Source: an uncultured Thermoplasmata archaeon
GTDB taxonomy: Archaea; Thermoplasmatota; Thermoplasmata; RBG-16-68-12
Direction: 5' to 3'
NCBI GenBank assembly: GCA_963768855.1
Contig: CAVYJM010000006.1
Location: 512,001 to 576,000 of the forward strand
DNA length: 64,000 bases
Shown here: positions 1 through 9,258 of the stretch, in pieces
Numbering within the stretch: position 1 is the stretch's first letter
Layout: the number at the start of each line of letters is the position of its first letter
Translations under genes and position numbers: made by a program
Notes under the pieces: generated by a model
What the model was told of the DNA's origin: nothing
Databases searched by the model: none
Seen by the model: the letters and a program-made list of their open reading frames with translations, nothing else

Positions 1-163
1 CGGCGCGCTTCGCGGCTCGTTCGCGGGTTCCATCGCGGCTCTCCCCATCGACGATCAGGATCTCATACTCTGCGCGGGGCAGGGTCTGCCGCTCGAACTG
101 GGAGAGGAACGCATCGATCCCCTTCGCCTCCTGGTAGGTCGGCACGACGACGGAGACCTTCAT
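1..163 (-). CDS. Glycosyltransferase family 2 (N-terminal part; runs off window start)
   Basis: Manual translation MKVSVVVPTYQEAKGIDAFLSQF...EILIVDGESRDGT is a typical GT2 N-terminus. ATG overlaps the upstream stop (ATGA). Not in the ORF track. Confidence 0.85.
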   Translation of the reverse strand, partial: MKVSVVVPTYQEAKGIDAFLSQFERQTLPRAEYEILIVDGESRDGTRERAAKRA

Positions 164-1464
164 GCGGCCGCCTCCAGTTCCCGCGCGAGGCCGAGCGCCC
201 GCAGGATGACCTGGTCCGTGTTGATGTAGTCGAACTGTCCGAAGCGGCCGAGCAGCCGGAGCCCGATCCGCGCCGCGTAGGCCTCCACGACATCGAGGTT
301 CTTGCGGTGCGCGCGGTCGAAGACCACGTAGGCGTAGCGCGTGCGCGCGACGCGGGAGATGAGGATCTCGGACCTCTTGAACACGCCCAGGTGATCCGCG
401 CGCTCGACGACGTGCTCGATCAGATCCTCATCCGGCGCAGACCAGACCGGGTCGCCGACGTCGCATGTGATCTCGGCCATCGCGGAGCTCGCGCCCGCCG
501 GGGCCACCCGATCCGAGAAGTTGCTCGGGAACGAGATTCGGTTGAACTTGCCGTCGGCGGGCGTGGGGAAGTAGACCCAGCTGAAGTCGTTCAGGTCGGG
601 CCGGTCGAAGCCGACCATCACGGTCACGAGGGACCGGTGGACGAGGGCGGCTCCCGCGGCCCGCACCTCCTTGGGCGCGTCCTCCAGGGCCGCGACGAGT
701 TCGGGGATCGGGATCGTGGCGACGAGGCCCTCATACTCCTTCTCGTCGTGGCCATCGGAGACGACCCACGTTCCCCCCTTCTTGCGGATCGACGTCACCC
801 GGAATTGGGGACGGACCTTCGGGACTTGGGGCAGGAGGCCCCGGATCAGGCTCTCCACCCCGCCTTCGCGGGGGTACAGGAAATGGAGCTGGTGGGTGTA
901 CCCCTCCGTCGGGATGCCGAGGCTCGACTTGATCACGTCCTCGAGCGGCGGGTCGGGAACTCGGCCCTCGACCCACTCGATGCCCATGTCCGCGGCGGGC
1001 GTCTTCCAGATCTTCTCGTTGTACGGGAGGAGGTAGCACTCCGTGATGCCGCGGCCGAACCGGTGGTACATCCACTCGCGGAAGTTCGTCGGCTTCGGGG
1101 CGGAGCCCGTCGCCCGCGCGACGTATGCCTCGATGTAGCCGAGGACGCAACGCAGGTTGTCCTCGGCGGGGAGCTCGGAGAGGCCGTTCTCGAAGGGATA
1201 CTTGACGTACCGACCCTTGTAGAAGACCTTCGTGTTCCGCCGCCGGCGGGAGACGTTCGGGCCGAGGAGACCCTCGTAGAACGCCATCGCCTCCGCGTTA
1301 CGGGAGAACAAGATGTGCGATCCGTGCGGATCGAAGGTGAAGCCCTCCGTCGTCAGGCTGCGGCAGAGCCCGCCGGGCCGGTCGTCCTGCTCGAGGACCT
1401 CGGCGTCTCGAAGCCGCGACGCGAGGACGAGCCCGGAGAGCCCGCCTCCGAGGATCCCGATCAC
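160..1464 (-). CDS. FAD-dependent oxidoreductase, UDP-galactopyranose mutase/protoporphyrinogen oxidase-like
   Basis: GxGxxG (GGGLSG), GSHILFS, YPFENG, PYNEKIW and GRFGQFDY motifs; lies between two glycosyltransferases. Confidence 0.8.
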   Translation of the reverse strand: MIGILGGGLSGLVLASRLRDAEVLEQDDRPGGLCRSLTTEGFTFDPHGSHILFSRNAEAMAFYEGLLGPNVSRRRRNTKVFYKGRYVKYPFENGLSELPAEDNLRCVLGYIEAYVARATGSAPKPTNFREWMYHRFGRGITECYLLPYNEKIWKTPAADMGIEWVEGRVPDPPLEDVIKSSLGIPTEGYTHQLHFLYPREGGVESLIRGLLPQVPKVRPQFRVTSIRKKGGTWVVSDGHDEKEYEGLVATIPIPELVAALEDAPKEVRAAGAALVHRSLVTVMVGFDRPDLNDFSWVYFPTPADGKFNRISFPSNFSDRVAPAGASSAMAEITCDVGDPVWSAPDEDLIEHVVERADHLGVFKRSEILISRVARTRYAYVVFDRAHRKNLDVVEAYAARIGLRLLGRFGQFDYINTDQVILRALGLARELEAAA

Positions 1465-1506
1465 GGCGGCTCCAGAAGGGGCCGGTGTATTAAGCTCTAC
1501 CCCGGC

Positions 1507-2652
1507 TCACGCCGTCAGGAGGCGTTCGTACAGGTGCTCGAGGCGACGCGTGCACTTTGCGACGGAGAAGGGGAGCGCGCTCTCCCGCGCCGCGTCCCGC
1601 ATCGCGTCGCGGTGGGCGAGGCACTGGAGGATGGCGTCCGCGCATCCCGCCACGTCGTTCGGGTCGAACAGGAAACCGTTCTCCCCCTCGTGGACGAACT
1701 CGGGGATCGCGCGGAAGTTCGCGCCTGCGACGGGCCGCCCGGCCGCGAGCGCCTCGAGGATGACGAGGCCCTGCGTCTCGAACTTGGAGGCGATCGCGAA
1801 GGCGTCGGCGGCCGCGTAGTACTTCGGCAGGTCCGCGTCGGGAACAAAGCCCGTGAAGATCACGTCTCCGGAGAGATCCATGTGCCGCACGAGCTCGTAG
1901 TACCGCTCGAGGTACGGGCCTGAGCCGACGACGAGCAGCTTCGTGTCCGGGTTTGCCTCCTTGATGCGCGGGAACGCGTGGATCAGCGTGTGCAGGTTCT
2001 TCTCCGGCGCGACGCGGCCCACGTGGAGGATGACGTCGCTGCCGTTGAGCCCCCACTTGGTCCGGATGCTCCGCCCCGAGACCGCGGGGGAGAAGCGGTC
2101 CGGGTCCACGCCGGTCGGGATGACGTCCGTGATGGCGGCCTCGGGCGAGAGCTCGAGGATTTCGTTCAAGATCGCGCGGCTCGGGACCACGACGCCCGTC
2201 GACTTCCTCAGGAAGACCCGGAGGTAGAGGCGCAGCCCGCGTTCGAGCATGTGGAGATTGATGCCGAAGGGCGAGTAGAACGGGAGCGTGTCCTGGATCA
2301 TCGTGTGGAAGGTCTGGACGCTCGGGATCTTCGCCTGCCAGGAGGCCCAAAGGCCCTTGATCCCGACCGTGCCGACGCCATGGATGTGGATCACGTCGAT
2401 GCCGAGTTCCTTGACCTGGTCCACCTCGCGGCCCGGGAACATCGCGAGCCGGTAGCCGGGATAGTGGCGGAGCTCGTGGGCGCGCACGAAGATCGTGTTC
2501 CGCTCGCGTTTCACGTGGCGCCTCGGATCCGCGGGGGCGAACACAACGACCTCGTGGCCGTCCGCCTCGAGCTGGTGGCGGGTCGTCAGGACGGACGTCA
2601 CCACGCCGTCGATCGTGGGCAGGTAGCTGTCCGTGAACAGCGCGATCTTCAC
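1507..2652 (-). CDS. Glycosyltransferase family 4 (GT-B)
   Basis: VKIALFTDSYLPTIDGV start, GRVAPEKN and ETQGLVILEA motifs. GTG start overlaps the thiD stop. Confidence 0.9.
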   Translation of the reverse strand: MKIALFTDSYLPTIDGVVTSVLTTRHQLEADGHEVVVFAPADPRRHVKRERNTIFVRAHELRHYPGYRLAMFPGREVDQVKELGIDVIHIHGVGTVGIKGLWASWQAKIPSVQTFHTMIQDTLPFYSPFGINLHMLERGLRLYLRVFLRKSTGVVVPSRAILNEILELSPEAAITDVIPTGVDPDRFSPAVSGRSIRTKWGLNGSDVILHVGRVAPEKNLHTLIHAFPRIKEANPDTKLLVVGSGPYLERYYELVRHMDLSGDVIFTGFVPDADLPKYYAAADAFAIASKFETQGLVILEALAAGRPVAGANFRAIPEFVHEGENGFLFDPNDVAGCADAILQCLAHRDAMRDAARESALPFSVAKCTRRLEHLYERLLTA

Positions 2653-3923
2653 GGGAGGCCTCCGCGCACGAGACGGCGGGCCTTCCTCAGGACCCGCTCC
2701 GGATCTTCGCCGAGGACTCGAATCGTCGTTCCACTGCCTCCGTTCCTCGCGTCCACGAGGACGTCCGGCGCCGTCCCCGCCTCCACGATCTCGCGCTCCA
2801 TCCAGCCCGCCCCGACCGTCCTGCCCGGACCACGGTGGCGGCCCAGGGTCACGATCCCGAGGCGCCGGTAGAGGAGCCGGTTGGCATTTTTGGGCGGGTA
2901 CTTTAAGGTTGCCGAGGCGCGGAGGGTCGGGTTGACATGGAGGACCGCAAGCATCGCCGAGGCGGTGTCGGCCCGCGCACCGAACTCCGCGGAGCGGGAC
3001 CGTTCCCTCCATGCGCAGAGGTCGGCGGCCGCCATCGCGCCAGGGAGCGCGAACACCAGTTCCGTGCCTTCCCGGGGCTTGAGGCGCGGCGGGATGGCTC
3101 TTGACAATGCGGGTCCGACGCGGGTCACCTCAAGCCACACCGCGTAGCGGTCGGGCTGGACGTGGGAGTTGATGATCTCGACGCCGCGGCCCGCGCGGTA
3201 GGACTCGAGGAAGCCCGAGGCGACCCGCCGCCGCGCGGATTCCACGGCCCTCCCCAGCCGCTGGCCCTGGGCCAGGTACGCCGCGACTGAGGCGGCGAGC
3301 GTGCAGCCGGCGCCGTGCAGTTCCTTCGGGTAGCGGAAGCTCCTCAGCCGCCGGACGCTCCGGCCGTCGTAGAGCACGTCGACGAGCTCGCCGGCCACGT
3401 GTCCTCCCTTGACGAGGACTGCGCGGGGGCCGAGGCTGTGGAGCCGGCGGGCGGCCTTCTCCATGTCCTCGAGCCCGCGGACTGGGAAGCCTGCGAGGCG
3501 CTCCGCCTCCGGACGGTTGGGAGTGAGGAGATCCGCCCGGGGGAGGAGCCGTCTCACGAGGGCATCCTTGAAATCGTCCCGTTCGAGGCGCGCGCCCACC
3601 GTCGCGACCATGACCGGGTCCACGACGAGCGGGAAGCCCTTGCCTCGCAGCTCGTCCGCGACCGTCTCGACGATCTCCGCGGAGTACAGCATCCCCGTCT
3701 TCGCGCCCCGCACCTCAAAGTCGTCGAGCACCGCGCGGAGTTGCGCTCGGATCTCCGCAGGCGGGAGAGGGAAGATGGACGTCACGGCCCGCGTGTTCTG
3801 CGCCGTGACGCACGTGATCACGGACGTCCCGTGGACCCCGACCGCCGCGAACGACTTGAGGTCCGCCTGGATCCCGGCGCCGCCGCCGGAATCGCTGCCG
3901 GCAATCGTCAGGGCGGTCTTCAT
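2649..3923 (-). CDS. thiD: Hydroxymethylpyrimidine/phosphomethylpyrimidine kinase with C-terminal ThiN-like domain
   Basis: TIAGSDSGGGAGIQADLK, DPVMVAT, KGGH and HGAGC motifs; C-terminal extension resembles ThiN. Confidence 0.9.
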   Translation of the reverse strand: MKTALTIAGSDSGGGAGIQADLKSFAAVGVHGTSVITCVTAQNTRAVTSIFPLPPAEIRAQLRAVLDDFEVRGAKTGMLYSAEIVETVADELRGKGFPLVVDPVMVATVGARLERDDFKDALVRRLLPRADLLTPNRPEAERLAGFPVRGLEDMEKAARRLHSLGPRAVLVKGGHVAGELVDVLYDGRSVRRLRSFRYPKELHGAGCTLAASVAAYLAQGQRLGRAVESARRRVASGFLESYRAGRGVEIINSHVQPDRYAVWLEVTRVGPALSRAIPPRLKPREGTELVFALPGAMAAADLCAWRERSRSAEFGARADTASAMLAVLHVNPTLRASATLKYPPKNANRLLYRRLGIVTLGRHRGPGRTVGAGWMEREIVEAGTAPDVLVDARNGGSGTTIRVLGEDPERVLRKARRLVRGGLP

Positions 3924-4030
3924 CACCGCGACGATGAGGCAGCTCCGCTTAAGGATGCCGCCGCGGGTCGCCTCGTCTCCGAGGCACGCGGCCGTATCGT
4001 TAAATAGAACGTGGCTCATCCGAACGTCTC

Positions 4031-4411
4031 ATGCGGGCGCGGAGCGGCCACATCAAGTTCGACAAGAAGGTGAAATGGAAGAACCTCGTGCCCGCCTTCA
4101 AGCCGATGTTCCTCAAGTTCCTCGAGGAGACGCAGCAGCTCCCCGAAGACATGGAGAGCGTCGAGGTCCTCGTTGAGGAGAACCTGCGCGACCTGCGTCT
4201 CAACCGGAAACCCGAGGGTTACAACCGCGAGAGCGCGATGCGGCTCATCTTCCCGATTTCGAACGACGTCGAGTTCTATATCTATGGCCGCGGGAAGACC
4301 GTGGAGGTCGCGCGCGTGACGGAGCAGGTGAGCCACGTGCTGCAGAAGTACCGCCTCAAGCACACGATCGAGTGGGACAAGCTGCGCCTCTTCGCGGACA
4401 AGAAGGAATGA
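4031..4411 (+). CDS. Hypothetical protein (126 aa)
   Basis: Strong coding-like codon usage; TATA-like GTTAAATA at about 3999-4006. Confidence 0.75.
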   Translation: MRARSGHIKFDKKVKWKNLVPAFKPMFLKFLEETQQLPEDMESVEVLVEENLRDLRLNRKPEGYNRESAMRLIFPISNDVEFYIYGRGKTVEVARVTEQVSHVLQKYRLKHTIEWDKLRLFADKKE

Positions 4412-4424
4412 GCGGGCGGCGGTC

Positions 4425-4982
4425 CTAGCCTTCGAGGCGGACGGATTCGACGGTCGTGTATTCGGGGCCCTGCGGCTGCAGGACGCTCTTCTTGAGCCGG
4501 ATCTCCTCGACCCGGACCCGCGCAAACTCCTGGCTCGACCGCTCTTCGAGGATCTGCCGGACCCGATCCAGGCCGCGGGGTATCCGGACCCGGGCCAGAG
4601 TCACGTGAGGCGACCACGCTCGGTGTTCGACCTCGAAGCCCAGGGCCTCGAGGTTCGCGTTCAGCGACTTGGCCATCTTCCCGAGGGCCTCGGCTCCCTC
4701 GACGCCCACCCAGATCACGTTCGGCCGCGCAGGGTTCGGGAAGGCTCCCATCCCGCGGACGCGGAGGTCCAGCGGCCCGACTCCAACACTGGCCTCCCGC
4801 ATCGCGGAGACGATCTCCGGGACGAGCCCCTCCTCCGTGTCGCCCAAGAACTTGAGCGTGAGGTGGAGGTGGTCCGGGGAGATGAGCTTCAGCTCGCGGC
4901 TCGCCGAACGCAGGTCCTGCACGAGGGCCTCGATGGGCGGCAGCGTGGGGAGGTCCGCGGAGATGAACGCGCGGAAGCGCAG
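4425..4982 (-). CDS. thpR: RNA 2',3'-cyclic phosphodiesterase / 2'-5' RNA ligase (2H family)
   Basis: Two HxT motifs (HLTLKF, HVTLAR) and FRAFIS N-terminus. Start uncertain (CTG at 4982 or GTG at 5015). Confidence 0.9.
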   Translation of the reverse strand: MRFRAFISADLPTLPPIEALVQDLRSASRELKLISPDHLHLTLKFLGDTEEGLVPEIVSAMREASVGVGPLDLRVRGMGAFPNPARPNVIWVGVEGAEALGKMAKSLNANLEALGFEVEHRAWSPHVTLARVRIPRGLDRVRQILEERSSQEFARVRVEEIRLKKSVLQPQGPEYTTVESVRLEG

Positions 4983-4984
4983 GC

Positions 4985-5452
4985 CTACGCACCTCCCGGG
5001 ATCGCGGCCCCGCACGACGGGCAGGCCCCCGCTTTCGTACTCCGAGGGATCGCCCCCCCGCACGCGGGGCAGCGCGGCGCGGTCGCGGCAACGAACCGTC
5101 CCCGCTTGTCGACCTCACCCTCGAAATGGCCTTCCCGGATCGCGGTCCGGAGGATCTTCGCCGCGTCCGCCTCGGAGACTTCCAGTTGCGCGCCGAGTGC
5201 CTTCCCGTCCGTGACGCCCGCCTCCTCCGCAAGCTTGGCCGCGTGGGCGAGCGCGAGGTCCCGCGCATACAGCTGTCGCCAGTAGCGGAGGAACAGGAGC
5301 CCGGGGACGAAGAACAACGCCGCGCACAGCCCGGCGGCGCTCGCCTCGAAGAGCCGGGAGAGGACGATCGCCACGACCATCAGGACGGCGGCAGCCCCCG
5401 AGGCCCAGAGGCAGAACAGCGTCAGGATGCGATACAGGCGGACCCGCCGCAC
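4985..5452 (-). CDS. Membrane protein with HTH-like middle and C-terminal zinc ribbon
   Basis: Two hydrophobic segments, then a helical region, then CPACG...CPSCG. Confidence 0.7.
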   Translation of the reverse strand: MRRVRLYRILTLFCLWASGAAAVLMVVAIVLSRLFEASAAGLCAALFFVPGLLFLRYWRQLYARDLALAHAAKLAEEAGVTDGKALGAQLEVSEADAAKILRTAIREGHFEGEVDKRGRFVAATAPRCPACGGAIPRSTKAGACPSCGAAIPGGA

Positions 5453-5465
5453 GCGCTGCCCTCCC

Positions 5466-6149
5466 TCAGTCGGAGACCAGGGTCCCGTGGAACGGTCTCC
5501 CCAGGATCGCGGCCTCTAGAGCCTCGAGGTCCCGGCCGCGGACGACGCTGAGGGGGATGCGGTCCCGGGCGAGGACGCGCGCGGCGACCGGGTCGAACAC
5601 GACGCTCGGGCCCGCGGCGCGGTGGCCTTCGCCCGCGAGCCGGACCAGGTCCTCGAACCCGATCCGTTTCAGGAGCCGCGCGTCCGTGTGCTTACGGGGG
5701 TCGGCCGTGTACACGCCGTCGACGGACGTCGCGTTCACGATGCGGGCTGCGCCCACGACGCGAGCGAGGGAGGCGCTGACGCGGTCCGTGGTGTGGCCTG
5801 GCCGCGTGCCCGCCATGAGGACGATTGGATAGCGTCGCGCGAGGCGAGCCGCCCCCGCGTAGGATCGCGCAGGCTCGCGATTGGCCTGGCCTTTCAGCGC
5901 CGCTCCCAGGAGCCGCGCGTTCATGCGCGTAATCCCGATGCCGAGCTCGTCGAGGCGCCGCTCCGGGATCCCCAGAGCACGCCCCGTCTCGATGTAGTAC
6001 CGCGCGATTCGCCCACCGCCCGTTACCGCGAACAGTCTCACGTGGCGGGATGCCGCGCGGAGCAGGCGAGTGAGGTCCGTGAGATAGCGTTCGTCGTCTT
6101 CGTCCGGCACGAGGACGGAACCACCGAGGGAGACGACGACTTTCTCCAT
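5466..6149 (-). CDS. pyrH: UMP kinase
   Basis: VVSLGGSV, VTGGGRIAR, PGHTTD and ATSVDGVYTADP motifs of archaeal PyrH. Confidence 0.95.
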   Translation of the reverse strand: MEKVVVSLGGSVLVPDEDDERYLTDLTRLLRAASRHVRLFAVTGGGRIARYYIETGRALGIPERRLDELGIGITRMNARLLGAALKGQANREPARSYAGAARLARRYPIVLMAGTRPGHTTDRVSASLARVVGAARIVNATSVDGVYTADPRKHTDARLLKRIGFEDLVRLAGEGHRAAGPSVVFDPVAARVLARDRIPLSVVRGRDLEALEAAILGRPFHGTLVSD

Positions 6150-6273
6150 GCAACTCGCATCCCGCGCGAAGGGCGCTGGACGATAAAAAGTGTTCGACGA
6201 TGACGCGGTCGCCGCGGCGCCTCGCGTCCCCTCGGGAACTGCTTTATAGCGCAAGCACGGTTGGGTCGGTGAA

Positions 6274-7503
6274 ATGGCCGAAATGTCGGATATGGACAAG
6301 TACAAGTTCCGTCGCGCCCTCGAGCAGATCGAGCAGGCGCAAGGCCGGGGCACGGAGCTCGTCAGCGTCTACATCCCGCCGAACCGGCCCATCTTCGACG
6401 TCACGAACTACCTGCGCGGGGAAGTCTCCCAGTCGTCCAACATCAAGAGCGCGAGCACGCGCAAGCACGTGCAGCAGGCGATCGAGTCGTGCGTCTCCCG
6501 CATCAAGGGGTATCGCATGCCGCCGGCGAACGGCCTCGTCGTCTTCGCCGGGCACAAGCAGATCGGGGCAGACCAGACCGAGATGGTCGCGTTCGTCCTC
6601 GAGCCGCCGGAAGCCGTTCAGTCCTTCCTCTACCGGTGCGACTCCAAGTTCTACACGGAGCCGCTCCACGAGATGATGATGGAGAAGGACGTCTACGGCC
6701 TCGTCGTCATCGACCGCTCCGAGGCGACGGTGGGGCTCCTCCGGGGAAAGCGGATCGAGGTCCTGAAGAACATGCAGTCCCTCGTCCCCTCGAAGCACCG
6801 GATGGGCGGCCAGAGCGCGCGCCGCTTCGAGCGCCTCATCGAGATCGCGGCCCACGAGTGGTACGAGAAGGTCGCGAACGTGATGGCGGATGCGTTCCTG
6901 AGCCGGCCCGAGATGAAGGGCATCCTGATCGGCGGCCCGGGCTACACGAAGGAGTACTTCGCGACGCAGGACTTCCTCCACCACGAGCTGAAGAAGAAGA
7001 TCCTCGAGCCGTTCCTCGACACCGGGTACACGGACGAGTACGGCCTGCGGGAGCTCGTCGAGAAGGCCCGGACCGTCCTCTCCGATCTGGACCTCATGCG
7101 GGAGAAGACCCTCGTGCAGAAGCTCCTCGATGAGATCCGGAAGGAGGAGGGCGGTCTCGCGGCGTACGGTGAGGACCAGGTCCGCCACGCGCTCGAGCTC
7201 GGCGCCGTGGACACGCTCCTGGTCTCCGAGGGCATCCGGAAGCTGCGCCTCAAGCTCAAGTGCGCGAACGGGGACTGGGAAGGCGAGAGGACCGTGGCCG
7301 ACGAGGCCGCGATCCCCAAGTGCCCCCAGGACGGCGGGGTGCTCACTGTGGTCGAAAAGAGGGACATCATCGAGGAATTCAGCACCCTCGCGGGCCAGTC
7401 CGGGACGAAGGTCGAGCTCATCTCCAAGGAATCCGAGGAAGGGGTGCTGTTCCTCCGCGCGTTCGGCGGGATGGCCGCGATCCTGCGTTACCGGGTGACG
7501 TGA
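6274..7503 (+). CDS. prf1: Peptide chain release factor aRF1
   Basis: NIKS and GGQS motifs; terminal FGGMAAILRY. Confidence 0.97.
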   Translation: MAEMSDMDKYKFRRALEQIEQAQGRGTELVSVYIPPNRPIFDVTNYLRGEVSQSSNIKSASTRKHVQQAIESCVSRIKGYRMPPANGLVVFAGHKQIGADQTEMVAFVLEPPEAVQSFLYRCDSKFYTEPLHEMMMEKDVYGLVVIDRSEATVGLLRGKRIEVLKNMQSLVPSKHRMGGQSARRFERLIEIAAHEWYEKVANVMADAFLSRPEMKGILIGGPGYTKEYFATQDFLHHELKKKILEPFLDTGYTDEYGLRELVEKARTVLSDLDLMREKTLVQKLLDEIRKEEGGLAAYGEDQVRHALELGAVDTLLVSEGIRKLRLKLKCANGDWEGERTVADEAAIPKCPQDGGVLTVVEKRDIIEEFSTLAGQSGTKVELISKESEEGVLFLRAFGGMAAILRYRVT

Positions 7504-9218
7504 TGCTCGGCGATCCGTGGGCGGACCTCAAGGGCCGCGCGGAGGCCGTCCGAAGCGCGATCGAGTCCCAGCTCGGGGTCCACGAGCACGGGGACCTCGT
7601 CGAGGCCCCGGAGGACAAGGGGCTCTTCTCCCTCGCCATGTTCCCGTTCGCGAAGGAGCTTCACAGGCCGCCGCAGGATCTCGCCCGGCAGTCCGCAGTC
7701 CTCCCGGTCCCCGCCCCCTTCGGGCCGCTCCAGGCCGTCGGCGGCTACGTGAACTTCGTCGCGAACCCGAGCGCGTTCGCGGCCCACGTCCTGGAGTCGG
7801 TGGCATCCGCCGGTGCGGCGTACGGATCTTCGCCGCCCTCTTCGACGAGGATCCTCCTCGAGCACACGAGCACGAACCCGACGGGACCACTCCACGTGGG
7901 CCGCGCGCGGAACCCGATCTTCGCGGACGCCCTCGGCCGGCTGCTCAAAATGGCGGGATTCCAGGTCACCCGCGAGTACCTCGTCAACGACGTCGGCCGG
8001 CAGATGGTCGTGCAGTACTGGGGGACGAAGCACCTGACGCCCGCCGAGGTCGGCCTGCCGGACGTCGACAAGCCGGACTACCGCTACCTCAAGTACTACC
8101 AGAAAGCCACCACGATCTTCGAGACGGATGCCCAGGCCAAGTCGGACGTCGCGGAGATGATCCAGCGCTTCGAGCGCGGGGACGTCGCACTCACGAAGGA
8201 GGTCCGGAAGGTCGCGGAGGAAATCCTGTCGGGGATCCTCCAGTCCCTCGACCGGATCGGCGTGGGCTTCGACACCTTCTTCTGGGAGAGCGACGCGATC
8301 CTCGACGGGAGCGTCCAGAAGGTTATCGACCGCCTCATGCCTCTGGGCCGCGAGGAGGACGGCGCGCATTACCTGGACCTGTCCCCGTTCGGCCTCGAGG
8401 GCGACGCGGCGAAGTACGTCTTCGTCCGCAAGGACGGCACGTCCCTTTACACGACGCGCGACATCGCCTACCACCTGGACAAGATGAGGCGTTGCGACGT
8501 CGCGATCAACGTCCTCGGAGAGGACCAGAAGCTGACCTTCCTGCGTCTCAAGGCGGCCTTCCAGCTCATGGGGATCGACTGGGCCCCGGAGACCGTGTTC
8601 TACGCGTTCGTGAGCCTCCCGGAGGGGAAGATGTCGACCCGCAAGGGTCGCGTCGTGAACCTCGACGACTTGATCGACGAGGCCGTGGAGCTCGCGTACG
8701 CGGAGGTCTCGAAGCGCCGCGAGGATCTGACCGAGTCCCGGAAGCGGGAGATCGCCGAGTTCGTGGGTATCGGATCGGTGCGGTACAACATCGTGCGCGT
8801 CCAGGCGGAGAAGCGGATCGTGTTCAAGTGGGAGGAGGCCCTCAACTTCGAGGGGAACTCTGCTCCCTTCCTCCAATACGCACACGCCCGCGCGTGCAGC
8901 ATCCTGGACAAGGCGGGGGCACGGACGAAAGGGGACGCACAACTCCTCGTGCATCCGCAGGAGCAGGTCCTCCTGCGGCGGATCGCCCGGTTCCCTTCCG
9001 AGGTCCGGGATGCCGCGACGAGCCGCCGCGTCCATGCGGTGGCCACGTACGCAGCGGATGCCGCGGCCCGGTTCAACCAGTTCTACCGGGACTGCCCCGT
9101 GCTCACGGCGGAGACCCCGGCGCTCCGCGCGGCGCGCCTCGATCTCGTGGCGGCTTTCCAGGTCGTCCTCCAGAACGCCCTCGAGGGGCTCGGGCTCCGG
9201 GCTCCGCGAGAAATGTGA
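7503..9218 (+). CDS. argS: Arginine--tRNA ligase
   Basis: EHTSTNPTGPLHVGRARN, KMSTRKG and YLQYAHAR-like (FLQYAHAR) motifs. ATG overlaps the prf1 stop (TGATG). Confidence 0.96.
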   Translation: MLGDPWADLKGRAEAVRSAIESQLGVHEHGDLVEAPEDKGLFSLAMFPFAKELHRPPQDLARQSAVLPVPAPFGPLQAVGGYVNFVANPSAFAAHVLESVASAGAAYGSSPPSSTRILLEHTSTNPTGPLHVGRARNPIFADALGRLLKMAGFQVTREYLVNDVGRQMVVQYWGTKHLTPAEVGLPDVDKPDYRYLKYYQKATTIFETDAQAKSDVAEMIQRFERGDVALTKEVRKVAEEILSGILQSLDRIGVGFDTFFWESDAILDGSVQKVIDRLMPLGREEDGAHYLDLSPFGLEGDAAKYVFVRKDGTSLYTTRDIAYHLDKMRRCDVAINVLGEDQKLTFLRLKAAFQLMGIDWAPETVFYAFVSLPEGKMSTRKGRVVNLDDLIDEAVELAYAEVSKRREDLTESRKREIAEFVGIGSVRYNIVRVQAEKRIVFKWEEALNFEGNSAPFLQYAHARACSILDKAGARTKGDAQLLVHPQEQVLLRRIARFPSEVRDAATSRRVHAVATYAADAAARFNQFYRDCPVLTAETPALRAARLDLVAAFQVVLQNALEGLGLRAPREM

Positions 9219-9250
9219 AAAAGGGGAAAACAAAAGGGAAAAGGGAAGAG
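9219..9250 (-). terminator. Oligo-pyrimidine/U-rich archaeal terminator of the surface-protein gene
   Basis: Minus strand reads CTCTTCCCTTTTCCCTTTTGTTTTCCCCTTTT just after the stop at 9259. Confidence 0.6.
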
Positions 9251-9258
9251 ACGCACCT

